The position numbers and the translations under genes were made by a program. A stretch of DNA of 64,000 nucleotides from Alphaproteobacteria bacterium (GTDB lineage: Bacteria; Pseudomonadota; Alphaproteobacteria; SP197): NCBI GenBank assembly GCA_016869675.1, contig VGDP01000008.1:5147-69146 (forward strand), written 5' to 3'. This document shows positions 1-9,812 of this stretch, in pieces (position 1 is the stretch's first letter; each line of letters starts with the position of its first letter). The notes under the pieces were generated by a model. That model saw nothing but the letters and a program-made list of their open reading frames with translations, searched no databases and had not been told where the DNA came from.

Positions 1-511
1 AGAGCAGCACCACGAGCGACGTCCAATGCCAGACATCCATGAGGACCATGGTGAACCAGGCGGCGAAGGGCTGGCGCGTGTAGTTGTATTCCAGGCCGAT
101 CGCGTTCAGCGAGCGGCCGAGCAGCCCGATGTCCGGCAGCGCCAGGATGTTCCACATCGAGCCGACCACGTTCCAGGGGATGAGGAGCGGCAAGGCCATG
201 AACACGAGGCAGACCGAGACCCACGGCCCCCGGCGCGGCATGGCAAGGGCGATGGCGAGGCCCAAGGGAATTTCGATTGCCAGGATGATCCCGGTGTAGA
301 GAAGCTGGCGCAGCAGCGCCGCATGGAAGCGCTCGGAGCGCAGCACCTCCTCGAACCAGCGCACCCCGGCCCAGAAGAACACGTTGTCGCCGAAGGTCTC
401 CTGGACCGAGAAGTTCACCACGGTCATCAGGGGGATGACGGCGTTGAACGCCACCAGAGCCACCACCGGCAGGACGAAGAACCAGGCCTTCTGATTGAGA
501 GTCTTGTTCAT
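1..511 (-). CDS. Sugar ABC transporter permease (MalF/UgpA-type; GlpP/GlpQ-like), 5' part only; gene continues beyond the window start
   Basis: My own translation of the reverse strand from ATG at ~509-511 gives MNKTLNQKAWFFVLPVVALVAFNAVIPLMTVVNFSVQETF...WFTMVLMDVWHWTSLVVLL. This is the hydrophobic N-terminus of a CUT1 inner-membrane permease. It starts 4 nt after the upstream ATPase stop. It is absent from the ORF track because no stop lies in the window. Confidence 0.6.
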   Translation of the reverse strand, partial: MNKTLNQKAWFFVLPVVALVAFNAVIPLMTVVNFSVQETFGDNVFFWAGVRWFEEVLRSERFHAALLRQLLYTGIILAIEIPLGLAIALAMPRRGPWVSVCLVFMALPLLIPWNVVGSMWNILALPDIGLLGRSLNAIGLEYNYTRQPFAAWFTMVLMDVWHWTSLVVLL

Positions 512-515
512 CGCA

Positions 516-1583
516 TCAGCCCACCAGCCAGCCATCCTCGTAGACCTGGGTGCGCGTCGGATCGAACTGCACATGCCCGCGGCTGCCCGGAATGGCGGCG
601 CCGTCCGGCACCAGCAGCCGGATCGTCCCTTCGGCGTGGCGCATCTCGACGATGCGGAAGCGGCCGGCATCGGCGACCTTGACCAGGTCGACCGGGATTC
701 CCGTTGGCGCGAACCGCACGAACTCCGGGCGCACGCCGAGTTCGAGCCGTTTGCCGTTGCCGCGATAGGCGGCGGCATTCACCGTCGCCACGGGCGCGCC
801 GGCGAGGAGCGCCTGGCCGTTCTCGACCCGGCAGGGCAGGACGTTCATGCCGGGCGATCCGATGAAGTGCCCGACGAAGACGTGTTTCGGCCGCTCGAAC
901 AGGTCGACCGGCGTGCCGATCTGCATGACCGTGCCCTCCTTCATGACCACGACCTGGTCGGCGAAGGTCAGCGCCTCCGTCTGGTCGTGGGTCACGTAGA
1001 TCATGGTGCGGGCGACGCGGTAGTGCAGTTCCTTGAGCTTCGAGCGCAGCGTCCATTTGAGGTGCGGGTCGATCACGGTCAGCGGCTCGTCGAGCATGAT
1101 GACCACTACGTCCGAGCGCACGAGGCCGCGCCCGAGGGATATCTTCTGCTTGCCATCGGCGGTGAGCCCGGCGGCGCGCTTCTTGAGCATGCGGTCGAGG
1201 TCCAGCATCTGTGCGATCTCCCGCACGGTCCTGTCGACCTCCGCCTCGGCGACGCCGCGGTTGCGCAGCGGAAAGGCCAGGTTGTCGTAGACGGTCATGG
1301 TGTCGTAGATGACCGGGAACTGGAAGACCTGGGCGATGTTGCGTTGCTCGGGCGTCGCATCCGTGACGTCGCGGCCGTCGAAGAAGATGCGGCCCTCCGT
1401 CGGCCGGATGAGGCCGGAAATGACGTTCAGCAGGGTCGTCTTGCCGCAGCCCGACGGTCCGAGCAGGGCATAGGCGCCGCCGTCGTCCCAATCGAGCGAC
1501 AGCCTCTTGATCGCCCAGTCGGCCTCGGTCTTGGGGTCGGGCGCATAGCTGTGCCGCAGATCCTGGAGCGTGATCCGGGCCAT
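516..1583 (-). CDS. ABC transporter ATP-binding protein (MalK/UgpC family), second ATPase of the operon
   Basis: Walker A GPSGCGKTT, Q-loop, LSGGQ-like signature and a C-terminal TOBE-like domain. The likely start is the internal Met (MARITLQDL), which overlaps the upstream stop by 1 nt (TGATG). Confidence 0.85.
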   Translation of the reverse strand: MARITLQDLRHSYAPDPKTEADWAIKRLSLDWDDGGAYALLGPSGCGKTTLLNVISGLIRPTEGRIFFDGRDVTDATPEQRNIAQVFQFPVIYDTMTVYDNLAFPLRNRGVAEAEVDRTVREIAQMLDLDRMLKKRAAGLTADGKQKISLGRGLVRSDVVVIMLDEPLTVIDPHLKWTLRSKLKELHYRVARTMIYVTHDQTEALTFADQVVVMKEGTVMQIGTPVDLFERPKHVFVGHFIGSPGMNVLPCRVENGQALLAGAPVATVNAAAYRGNGKRLELGVRPEFVRFAPTGIPVDLVKVADAGRFRIVEMRHAEGTIRLLVPDGAAIPGSRGHVQFDPTRTQVYEDGWLVG

Positions 1584-2656
1584 CAGGCGTTCCCCGCGAC
1601 GCACCGGCCGTCGGCGCCGAAGAAGAATCCCCGGTCGAGGTCGACATAGAGCCGCGCCATCGATCCGACGGGAAACGGATGGATGCCGTGGGACTGGGAG
1701 ACCCAGGTCTGGCCATTCATGTCGAAATGCAGCACGCTTTCCGAACCCGAGAGCTCAGCGACCAGCACCCGCCCCTCCAGGCTCGCCGCATCCGCCTTTT
1801 GGACGGTCGGCGTGATATGATGCGGGCGAAGGCCGAAGGTGTAGCAACCGTCCGGCAGCGCCGCCGCCGCGCGGCCGGCGCGCCAGGAAAGGCCGCCTTC
1901 GAGACGGAGCGTCTCGCCGCTCTTCTCGACCTTCGCCAGATTGATCGGCGGATCGGAGAACACTTGCGCGCTCGCAACCGTGTTCGGGCTGCGATAGATC
2001 GCGGAGGTCGCGCCGAACTGGGTCACCCGGCCTTCATGCAGGGTCGCCGTATTGCCGCCGAACAGCAGCGCCTCCATGGGCTCGGTGGTTGCGTAGACGA
2101 CGATGCAATCCCGGCCGAAGAAGAGCTTCGGCAGCTCGTCGCGCAGTTCCTCCCTCAGCTTGTAGTCGAGATTGGCGAGGGGCTCGTCGAGCAGGATGAG
2201 GTCCGACTGCTTGGCGAGCGCGCGGGCGATCGCCGTGCGCTGCTGCTGACCGCCGGACAGCTCGTTCGGTTTGCGCTCCAGCATCGGCGTGAGCCGGAGG
2301 AGATCGGCGATCTCGCGAACGCGCGACTCGACGGCCCGGCCGTCCATGCCGGCGACGCGGAGCGGCGACGCGATGTTCTCATAAACGGTGAAATGCGGAT
2401 AGTTGATGAACTGCTGATAGACCATGGAGACGTTGCGCTTCTGCACCGGCACGCCCGCGACGTTCCGGCCGCGGAATCGGATCTCACCCGTCGAGGGCGG
2501 GCTCAAGCCTGCCATCAGCTGCATCAGCGTCGTCTTCCCCGCCAGCGTCGATCCCAGGAGGATGTTGAAACTGCTGGATTCGAGCGTCAGGCTTGTCTCG
2601 TGGATATGCGTTTCACCGCCCACACGCTTCGTCACGCTGCGCAGTTCGAGTGACAT
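1583..2656 (-). CDS. ABC transporter ATP-binding protein (MalK/UgpC family), first ATPase
   Basis: GSTLAGKTT Walker A, LSGGQQQR signature, Walker B LLDEPL. Two non-identical ATPases in one operon, as in the rhizobial glycerol transporter GlpS/GlpT. Confidence 0.85.
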   Translation of the reverse strand: MSLELRSVTKRVGGETHIHETSLTLESSSFNILLGSTLAGKTTLMQLMAGLSPPSTGEIRFRGRNVAGVPVQKRNVSMVYQQFINYPHFTVYENIASPLRVAGMDGRAVESRVREIADLLRLTPMLERKPNELSGGQQQRTAIARALAKQSDLILLDEPLANLDYKLREELRDELPKLFFGRDCIVVYATTEPMEALLFGGNTATLHEGRVTQFGATSAIYRSPNTVASAQVFSDPPINLAKVEKSGETLRLEGGLSWRAGRAAAALPDGCYTFGLRPHHITPTVQKADAASLEGRVLVAELSGSESVLHFDMNGQTWVSQSHGIHPFPVGSMARLYVDLDRGFFFGADGRCVAGNA

Positions 2657-2764
2657 GGTCTCGATCTAAGTCGTTGCGACCTCAGCCTCAGGCGGCGCGA
2701 CCCCCCGGAGGACGCACGCGGCGCCCCCCGGGAGGTCCGACCTTCATACGCCGGTCAGGCCTTG

Positions 2765-4498
2765 CTACTCGGCCCAGCGCTTGACGATCTCCTCATAGGC
2801 GATCGTCTCGCCCTGCGGCTTTTCGTTGTCCAGCTTCGCGGCCGGGCCGTTGTCCTTGCCCAGCCACTCCGCAGTATCCTTTTCTTCGTTGAGGCGCGGG
2901 CCGCAACCGCCGTAGGTCTGGGCCTGCTCGTCCGCCGCCTGCATGCGGGCCATCACCTGGTCCATCTCGCCGGCGAGCCGGTCCATGGCTTCCTGCGGGG
3001 TGAAGGCGCCGGAGTTCACGTCGCCGATCTGCTGCCACCAGATCTGCGCGAGTTTCGGATAATCCGGAACGTTGACGCCCGTCGGCGTCCAGTTCACCCG
3101 GTCGGGCGACCGGTAGAACTCGACGAGGCCGCCGAGCTTCGCCGCCCGCTCGGTGAAGGAGTCATGCCGGATCGTGCTGTCGCGGATGATGGTCAGGCCA
3201 ACCTGGGACTTCTTCACATCGACCGTCTTCGACACCACGAACTGGGCATAGAGCCAAGCGGCCTTGCGGCGATCCACGGGCGTCGACTTGAAGAGCGTCC
3301 ACGACCCCGCGTCCTGGTAGCCCAGCTTCATGCCGTCCTTCCAGTAGGAGCCGTGCGGCGAAGGCGCCATGCGCCAGAGCGGATTGCCCTGATCATCGAC
3401 CGTGTTGTTGCCATCGCTCTTGGCCGCGACCATCGAGGCGGTGAAGGCCGTGTACCAGAAGATCTGTTGAGCGACGTTGCCCTGCGACAGCGCCGGCAGC
3501 GATTGATAGAAGTCGAGGTCGGCCGCGCCCGGCGGCGCGTACTTGCGCAGCCACTCGTCCCACTTGGCGATGGCGTAGACGGAGGCCGGCGCGTTGGCGC
3601 CGCCGCCGCGCGAGACCGACGAGCCCGCGGGATTGCAGGAGCCCTCCTCCATGCGGATGCCCCATTCGTCGATCGGCCGCCCGTTTGGCAGGCCCGCCGA
3701 GGTGGAGCCGGCCATGGAGAGCCAGGCATCGGTCATGCGCCAGCCGAGGTCCGGCGCCCGCTTGCCGTAGTCCATGTGGCCATAGATTCTGACGCCGTCG
3801 ATCTCCTTCACGTCCTCGGTGAAGAACTGGGCGATGTCCTCGTAGGCCGACCAGTTGACGGGCACGCCCAATTCATAGCCGTACTTGGCCTTGAACTTCT
3901 CCTTGAGATCGGCACGGTCGAACCAGTCCTTGCGGAACCAGTAGAGATTGGCGAACTGCTGGTCAGGCAGCTGCCAGAGCTTGCCGTCCGGGCCGGTGGT
4001 GAAGGACTTGCCGATGAAATCATCGACATCCAGGGTCGGCAGGGTGACGTCCGCCCCTTCGCCCGCCATCCAGTCCGTCAGATTGACGGCGCTTTGCAGG
4101 CGAGAGTGGGTCCCGATCAGGTCGGAATCGTTGATGTAGGCGTCATAGAGATTGCGGTTCGTCTGCATCTGCGTCTGAACCGCCTGCACCACTTCGCCTT
4201 CGCCAAGCAGCTGGTGATTGACTTTGATGCCGGTAATTTCCTCGAAGGCCTTGGTCAGCACTTCCGACTCGTAGGTATGCGTCGGGATCGTCTCCGACAG
4301 CACGTTGACTTCCATGCCCTTGAACGGCTCGGCCGCTTTCACGAACCACTCCATCTCCGCGAGCTGTTCGTCCATCGACAAAGCCGAGGGCTGGAACTCG
4401 TTCTCGACCCACTTCTTCGCGGCTTCCATGTCCGCGAAGGCCGGGCCTGCGCCGAACGCCAGCAGCAAGGCCGCGGTCACAATGGTCCTTTTCGACAT
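2765..4498 (-). CDS. Extracellular solute-binding protein, family 1 (577 aa, signal peptide), candidate glycerol-binding protein of the ABC system
   Basis: N-terminal signal peptide MSKRTIVTAALLLAFGAGPAFA. Overall SBP_bac_1-like composition. Sits between glpD and the two ATPase genes on the same strand. GGGAG RBS about 10 nt upstream. Confidence 0.8.
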   Translation of the reverse strand: MSKRTIVTAALLLAFGAGPAFADMEAAKKWVENEFQPSALSMDEQLAEMEWFVKAAEPFKGMEVNVLSETIPTHTYESEVLTKAFEEITGIKVNHQLLGEGEVVQAVQTQMQTNRNLYDAYINDSDLIGTHSRLQSAVNLTDWMAGEGADVTLPTLDVDDFIGKSFTTGPDGKLWQLPDQQFANLYWFRKDWFDRADLKEKFKAKYGYELGVPVNWSAYEDIAQFFTEDVKEIDGVRIYGHMDYGKRAPDLGWRMTDAWLSMAGSTSAGLPNGRPIDEWGIRMEEGSCNPAGSSVSRGGGANAPASVYAIAKWDEWLRKYAPPGAADLDFYQSLPALSQGNVAQQIFWYTAFTASMVAAKSDGNNTVDDQGNPLWRMAPSPHGSYWKDGMKLGYQDAGSWTLFKSTPVDRRKAAWLYAQFVVSKTVDVKKSQVGLTIIRDSTIRHDSFTERAAKLGGLVEFYRSPDRVNWTPTGVNVPDYPKLAQIWWQQIGDVNSGAFTPQEAMDRLAGEMDQVMARMQAADEQAQTYGGCGPRLNEEKDTAEWLGKDNGPAAKLDNEKPQGETIAYEEIVKRWAE

Positions 4499-4581
4499 TC
4501 CTGTTACTCCCTATCTCGCGTGCGGCTTGTTGCTTGCGATGCCGGCCGGAGCGCACGCTTGCCCGGTTAGGCCACGATGCA

Positions 4582-4604
4582 CGCCCGGCCGACATGGCCG
4601 GGCG
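4582..4604 (-). terminator. GC-rich hairpin (9-bp perfect stem cgcccggcc / ggccgggcg, 5-nt loop) 30 nt downstream of the glpD stop
   Basis: A perfect inverted repeat is seen directly. There is no U-tract, as is common in high-GC alphaproteobacteria. It may act as a terminator or attenuator between glpD and the transporter genes. Confidence 0.4.
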
Positions 4605-4633
4605 GGAATATCAGTCGTCGCCGGCGGCCGCCT

Positions 4634-6172
4634 TTATCGCGCCGCCGCCTGGCGCGCCGGAGACGCGCCGCTAAACCAATCCTCCAGTGCTGCGACGGTC
4701 GCCGGCGCAACATGTAGGCCGAGCTTGGAGCGACGCCACAGGATGTCCGCGGCCGTGCGCGCCCACTCCTGATCGACCAGGTACTCAACCTCGCGCAAAT
4801 AGAGATCGTCGCCGAAGCAGCGCCCGAGATCGGCCACCGACCGGGCCGGCCCCATCAGGCACGCGGCGCGCGTGCCGTAGGCGCGGGCGTAGCGCCTCGC
4901 CAGCGCCGGCGGCAGCCAGGGCCGTTCCCTCGCGAGGCCCGCGAGGAAGAGGTCGAACTCGGCACCACCGATGTCGCCGCCGGGCAGAGGCACCGCATGA
5001 GTCCACGCCGCGGCCATCGCGGGAAACCAGGGCTGAAGTTTCGCGAGCGCCTGGAGTGCGAGCTTGCGATAGGTGGTGATCTTGCCGCCGAACACCGAGA
5101 GCAGCGGCGCGCCTTCCTGCGCGTCCAACTCCAGCACATAGTCCCGGGTCACTGCGGAGGCGTCTTCGGTTTCGTCGTCGCGCAACGGACGGACCCCGGC
5201 GTAGGTCCAGACCACGTCGGCCGGCGTCACCGGCCGCCGGAAATGCCGGGTAGCGACATCGCAGAGATAGTCGATCTCGGTCTCGGCTATCGCGACCGCC
5301 GCCGGATCGCCTTCGTAGGCCACGTCGGTCGTGCCGATGAGCGTGAATTTCCGCTCATAGGGAATCGTGAAGACGATCCGCCGGTCGACGTTCTGCAGGA
5401 TGTAGGCGTGATCGCCCTCGTACATCCGGGGGACAACGATGTGGCTGCCCTTGACGAGCCGGAGGCGATGGCAATGGCCGAGGCCGAGGGTCCGGTCGAT
5501 GAAATCGGCGACCCACGGCCCGGTCGCGTTCACCAGGGCGCGGGCGCGCAGCCGGCGACGTTCGCCCGATGAGGCGTCGCCGATCTCGGCTTCCCACAAG
5601 CCATCGATGCGGCCGGCGCCGACGCAGCGGCTGCGGGTCAGCACCTCGGCGCCGCGATCGGCGGCGTCGCGGGCATTCAGGACGACCAGGCGCGAATCCT
5701 CGACCCAGCAGTCGGCGTAGGTGAAGCCGCGCGTGAACTCGGGCTTCAGCGGGGCGCCCAGGAGGCCGTTCCGCAGATCGACCCTGCGCGAGGCCGGCAG
5801 GCGCTCGCGGCCGCCGAGATGATCGTAGAAAAACAGGCCGAGGCGGATCATCCAGGCCGGCCGCAGCGACGCCGCGTGCGGCAGCACGAAGGTCAGCGGC
5901 CAGATCACATGGGGGGCGTTGCGCAGCAGGAGTTCGCGCTCGATGAGCGCTTCCCGCACCAGGCGAAACTCGCGGTGCTCGAGATAGCGCAAGCCGCCGT
6001 GGATCAGCTTGGTGCTGCACGAGGAGGTGGCGCTCGAGAGATCGCCCTGCTCGACCAGGCATACGCGCAAGCCCCGGCCGGCCGCATCGCGGGCGATGCC
6101 AGCGCCGTTGATGCCGCCGCCGACAACAAGAAGATCGACGGCATCGCCGCTGCTCTGGCTGCCGACCGGCAC
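4634..6172 (-). CDS. glpD: FAD-dependent sn-glycerol-3-phosphate dehydrogenase
   Basis: N-terminal DLLVVGGGINGAGIARDAAGRGLRVCLVEQGDLSSATSSCSTKLIHGGLRYLE dinucleotide-binding motif. Length 512 aa. GTG start with GGGGGCGAGG RBS. Confidence 0.9.
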   Translation of the reverse strand: MPVGSQSSGDAVDLLVVGGGINGAGIARDAAGRGLRVCLVEQGDLSSATSSCSTKLIHGGLRYLEHREFRLVREALIERELLLRNAPHVIWPLTFVLPHAASLRPAWMIRLGLFFYDHLGGRERLPASRRVDLRNGLLGAPLKPEFTRGFTYADCWVEDSRLVVLNARDAADRGAEVLTRSRCVGAGRIDGLWEAEIGDASSGERRRLRARALVNATGPWVADFIDRTLGLGHCHRLRLVKGSHIVVPRMYEGDHAYILQNVDRRIVFTIPYERKFTLIGTTDVAYEGDPAAVAIAETEIDYLCDVATRHFRRPVTPADVVWTYAGVRPLRDDETEDASAVTRDYVLELDAQEGAPLLSVFGGKITTYRKLALQALAKLQPWFPAMAAAWTHAVPLPGGDIGGAEFDLFLAGLARERPWLPPALARRYARAYGTRAACLMGPARSVADLGRCFGDDLYLREVEYLVDQEWARTAADILWRRSKLGLHVAPATVAALEDWFSGASPARQAAAR

Positions 6173-6293
6173 GACCTCGCCCCCTGCGCTTCCTCAAACC
6201 AACAGGAGGTTGCCAGCCACGGGTTTGCAACCGCCCTGGCCGCTCCCATTCCTTGTGCCGGGAAAGCTACCGCTGCCCCGGCGCTTTCACAAT

Positions 6294-6329
6294 CGAAAAT
6301 TTCGGTACCCCGGAGGCGCGAAAGCGAAA
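6294..6329 (-). promoter_or_regulatory. Candidate GlpR operator(s) in the glpR-glpD intergenic region: inverted repeat CGAAA-a-TTTCG (6294-6304) and tandem GCGAAA GCGAAA (6318-6329)
   Basis: Seen in sequence. TTCG/CGAA cores resemble enterobacterial GlpR half-sites (WATGTTCGWT). Location is upstream of glpD and just downstream of the DeoR-type regulator gene. Confidence 0.35.
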
Positions 6330-6336
6330 ACGGGCA

Positions 6337-7101
6337 TCAGGCGTCCGCCACATAGAGACAGACGTCGCTCGCATCGATCAGGGCGCGGATCTCGGCCGGC
6401 GGCGGGGCGTCGGTGAAGAAGGCATCCAGATCGGCGATCCGGCCGAGGCGGACGAGGGCGTTGCGGCCGAACTTGCTGTGATCGGCCACCAGGAACACCT
6501 GCCGCGAATTGGCGATGATCGCCTGGGAGACGCGAACCTCCCGCGGATCGAAATCCAGCAGCGAGCCGTCGCCGTCGATGCCGCTGATGCCGATGATGCC
6601 GTAGTCGACCTTGAACTGGTTGATGAAATCGACGGTCGCCTCGCCGATCACCGCGAGGTCGCAGCCGCGCAGCTCGCCGCCGGCGACAACCACCTCCGCG
6701 TCGTCCTTCTCGGCAAAGATGCGCGCGACATGCAGATTGTTGGTGATGATGCGCAATCCCCGATGCAGCAGCAGCGCCTGGGCCACCTCCTCCGTGGTCG
6801 TGCCGATGTTGATGAAGAGCGAGGCTTCGTCCGGGATGTGCTGCGCCACGACGCGCGCGATGCGCCGCTTCTCCTCATGGCCATGCACCTGGCGTTCCCG
6901 GTAGGCGATGTTCTCGACGCTGGACGGCAGGCCGGCGCCGCCGTGATAGCGGCGCAGCAGGTTGCTGTCGCAGAGATTGTTGATATCGCGCCGCACCGTC
7001 TGCGGCGTGACCGCGAAACGGTCGGCGAGCGCCTCGATGGAGACGAAGCCGCGCTGGCGCACGAGGTCGATGATCTTCTGCTGCCGGCCGTTGAGCTGCA
7101 T
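6337..7101 (-). CDS. glpR: DeoR-family transcriptional repressor of the glycerol-3-phosphate regulon
   Basis: N-terminal HTH ([38 protein letters not shown]) and a C-terminal DeoR sugar-phosphate sensor domain. Immediately upstream of glpD. Confidence 0.85.
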   Translation of the reverse strand: MQLNGRQQKIIDLVRQRGFVSIEALADRFAVTPQTVRRDINNLCDSNLLRRYHGGAGLPSSVENIAYRERQVHGHEEKRRIARVVAQHIPDEASLFINIGTTTEEVAQALLLHRGLRIITNNLHVARIFAEKDDAEVVVAGGELRGCDLAVIGEATVDFINQFKVDYGIIGISGIDGDGSLLDFDPREVRVSQAIIANSRQVFLVADHSKFGRNALVRLGRIADLDAFFTDAPPPAEIRALIDASDVCLYVADA

Positions 7102-7273
7102 CGGCGGAAAGCCCGTTCGGTTCGCCGTTCAGGACTGCGGCGGTAGGATAGTTCTCCCCTCCCGGCGTTCGCAAAGGAACATTTCATGACGAACTCGCCC
7201 TGCTGGTCGCCGATTGCCGTACCGCGTTCGCGGCGCTGGGCCAGCCGCGCACGGCGCGCGATCGCGTCGCGCC

Positions 7274-8152
7274 TCAGGCCTTGGCCGTGTTGACCAGGGC
7301 GACGCCAACCACGGCGAGCGCCATGCCGCCAAGCGCCACCCACGACAGGGTCTCGTCGAACAGCCACCAGCCCATGACCGCGGTGACCGGCGGAACCAGG
7401 TAGAACAGGCTGGCGACGCGCGCCGCCTGGCCGCGCCGGATCAGCACGAACAGCAGGATCACCGAGCCGACCGAGAGCGCCAGCACGATCCACGCCATGG
7501 TCAGCGCGAAGGTCGCGGTCCACGTTACACGCACGGTCTCGAACGCGAAGGCGATCGTGGCGATCACCAAGGTCGCCGCGCCGTACTGCACCGCCGTGCC
7601 GGCGATCAGATCGGTGCCGGCGCCGAAGCGCTTCTGGTAGAGCGTGGCGGCGGTGATGGCGAGCAGCGCGCCGGTGTTCAGCACGAAGGCGAAGATCGTG
7701 CCCTCGCCGAGCCCGAGCTTGTCCTCGACCACCAGTCCGACGCCGGCCAAGCCAAGAAGAAGGCCGCACCAGGCTCGAGCGCCGACCCGCTCGCCGAACC
7801 AGCGGCCGACCACCAGCGCGGTCAGCACGGGCTGCAGCCCGACCACCAGCGAGGAGACGCCGGCCGAGACACCGTGCTCGATCGCGGCGTAGACGCCGGC
7901 GATGTAACCCACCTGCAAGGCAATGCCGACCAGCGCCTGGTGGCCGAGCGCGGTCCACGTGGCGGGCCAGCGCGAACCGATGGCCAGGGCGATCGCCGCC
8001 AGCACCGCCGTGGCGCCGGCGAAGCGCAGGCTGAGCAGGGTGGCTGATTCGGCGTAGGGCAAGCCGAAGCGTGCACCGATGAAGCCGGTCGCCCACAGCA
8101 CGACGAACAGCGCGGCGATGGCGCGCAGGCCCATGGGACCGAGGCTAGCCAT
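7274..8152 (-). CDS. DMT superfamily (EamA-like) transporter
   Basis: 292 aa, about 10 predicted TM segments, duplicated EamA-type hydrophobic repeats. Confidence 0.8.
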   Translation of the reverse strand: MASLGPMGLRAIAALFVVLWATGFIGARFGLPYAESATLLSLRFAGATAVLAAIALAIGSRWPATWTALGHQALVGIALQVGYIAGVYAAIEHGVSAGVSSLVVGLQPVLTALVVGRWFGERVGARAWCGLLLGLAGVGLVVEDKLGLGEGTIFAFVLNTGALLAITAATLYQKRFGAGTDLIAGTAVQYGAATLVIATIAFAFETVRVTWTATFALTMAWIVLALSVGSVILLFVLIRRGQAARVASLFYLVPPVTAVMGWWLFDETLSWVALGGMALAVVGVALVNTAKA

Positions 8153-8783
8153 GGTTCACGCGGCGGCGCACGGCGCGGCGCAGGCGGTTCAGCCAGGGCA
8201 CGCGCAACCCCAGCGCCTCCAAATGATCGACGGTGTTTTCCAGGTAGTCGTGGGCGGTGCCCGTGCGCCCGACACCCTGCACGATCAGCTCGACGCAGCG
8301 CTCCATGGGCAGCCGGCCGGCGTACTGCACGTGATCGCCGACGGTGACGTAGGTGTAGGCCGCGACGCGGCGTGGCGTGGCGCTCTTGCCCCCATGGCCC
8401 TCGGCGTGGACGCGGATCGGCACCAATCGCCGCCGGTAGACCTGGTGCGGGATCTCGCGTGCGTCGAGATAGGCAAGCGTGGCGAGGGCATCCATGCCCG
8501 CCACGCGGTACGCGATACCCCGGCAGCTGCCGCCCGGTTCCAGCCCCAGCACCAGTCCCGGTCGCTCGGGCGTCCCACGGTAGTAGTGGCTGTAGACGCT
8601 GAGCATGCGATGATAGCCGTGCAACAGGGCCGGCGCCCGTTCCACGAAGGCGAACCCCGGCTGCCACATGAGCGAGCCGTAGCCGAACACCCAGATGTCG
8701 CCGTCGCTCGATGTAATGGGCGTCGCTATGGCTTTACCCCGCCGTGGACGCGCGGCTATAACGCCACCCTCACGCGGCCGCAA
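8145..8783 (-). CDS. ChaC-family gamma-glutamylcyclotransferase
   Basis: WVFGYGSLMWQPGF motif (YGSL) typical of ChaC/GGCT. The start is uncertain; the N-terminal roughly 25 aa may not be translated. Confidence 0.7.
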   Translation of the reverse strand: MRPREGGVIAARPRRGKAIATPITSSDGDIWVFGYGSLMWQPGFAFVERAPALLHGYHRMLSVYSHYYRGTPERPGLVLGLEPGGSCRGIAYRVAGMDALATLAYLDAREIPHQVYRRRLVPIRVHAEGHGGKSATPRRVAAYTYVTVGDHVQYAGRLPMERCVELIVQGVGRTGTAHDYLENTVDHLEALGLRVPWLNRLRRAVRRRVNHG

Positions 8784-8800
8784 CCCCAGGTTTCCGCCCC

Positions 8801-9808
8801 ATGCTCCGCCGTTTCGCCCTTCCGGTCCTGATCCTCGTCGCCGTCGGGGGCTACGTCGTCTACTGGTACCAGGTCGCCGCCCGCGTGCCCGACTGGATCG
8901 TGCAGTGGGCCGATCAGGCGCGTGCGCGGGGCTATCACGTGGACTATGGCGCCGTCGACGTGGGCGGCTTTCCCTTCAAGCTTCAGGTCAGCGTGGCCGA
9001 CGTGACCTTCGGCCACGATGACGGGCAGGGCACGGCGCTGTGGCGCGGCGCGTTCGTACGCGGCCTGGTCAAGCCGTGGGATTTCGACCGCGCCCTGCTG
9101 ACCATCCCCGACGAACACACGTTGGAGCCGGCGGTCGGTGGCCCACTCACCATACGCCAGGCGGTGAACCAGACCGTGCTGGTGCTCGACGACGGGGCGC
9201 CGCGCGTTGTCGCGGTCGATCTGCGCGACGTGACGATCGAGGACGCGGCGGGCACGCGCTCGACCCTCGGTGCCGTCGAGGTGCGTTTCGAGCGGGACGA
9301 GACCGACGACGACCAGGATCGGCGCACCGTCGGCGTCAAGCTGATCGGCGTCGATCCGGGCGTCGCCATCGCGCCGGGCATGCCGGCTCTGATCGACGAG
9401 TTCACGGCGGTGGCGCGTCTGGTTGGCGCCCCGCCCGAGGCGGTGGCGCGCGAAGCGCTTGGCCGCTGGCGCGATGAGGGCGGCGTGGTCGAGTTCGACG
9501 TGGTGCGGGTGCGCTGGGGCGCGCTTGATCTGGTGGCAGACGGTACCGCGACGCTGGACGACCAGTTCCGGCCGCTGTTCGCCTTCACGGTCGACGCCGC
9601 CGGCTGGGACGTCGGCCTCGAGGCCGCGACCGCCGCCGGCGCGTTGCCACCGGGCCAGGCGTTCGCCATCGGTGCCGCGCTCAACGCCATCGCCAAGCGC
9701 GAAGAAACCGGCGTCGATCACGCGACGATCGCGGTGTCGGCCCAGGACGGACAGGTGTTCGTCGGTCCGCTTGCCGTTGGCCGCCTGCAGGCCCTGGCAG
9801 TGCCCTGA
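8801..9808 (+). CDS. Alphaproteobacterial membrane-anchored protein of unknown function (DUF2125-like)
   Basis: N-terminal TM helix (FALPVLILVAVGGYVVYWY) followed by a roughly 300-aa soluble domain. The family assignment is from memory and tentative. Confidence 0.45.
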   Translation: MLRRFALPVLILVAVGGYVVYWYQVAARVPDWIVQWADQARARGYHVDYGAVDVGGFPFKLQVSVADVTFGHDDGQGTALWRGAFVRGLVKPWDFDRALLTIPDEHTLEPAVGGPLTIRQAVNQTVLVLDDGAPRVVAVDLRDVTIEDAAGTRSTLGAVEVRFERDETDDDQDRRTVGVKLIGVDPGVAIAPGMPALIDEFTAVARLVGAPPEAVAREALGRWRDEGGVVEFDVVRVRWGALDLVADGTATLDDQFRPLFAFTVDAAGWDVGLEAATAAGALPPGQAFAIGAALNAIAKREETGVDHATIAVSAQDGQVFVGPLAVGRLQALAVP

Positions 9809-9812
9809 ACGA

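Noticed and set aside
2657-2764. Direct repeats ccccccggagg / ccccccgggagg in the SBP-ATPase spacer as a possible repeat element
   Set aside because: Short and GC-biased. More likely an intra-operon stem-loop for differential mRNA stability between the SBP and ATPase genes. Not enough for a separate call.
7187-7300. 37-aa Arg-rich small ORF with an AAGGA RBS in the glpR / DMT-transporter spacer
   Set aside because: It overlaps the 3' end of the DMT transporter gene on the opposite strand, lacks recognisable features, and small GC-rich ORFs are abundant by chance. Kept only as a note.
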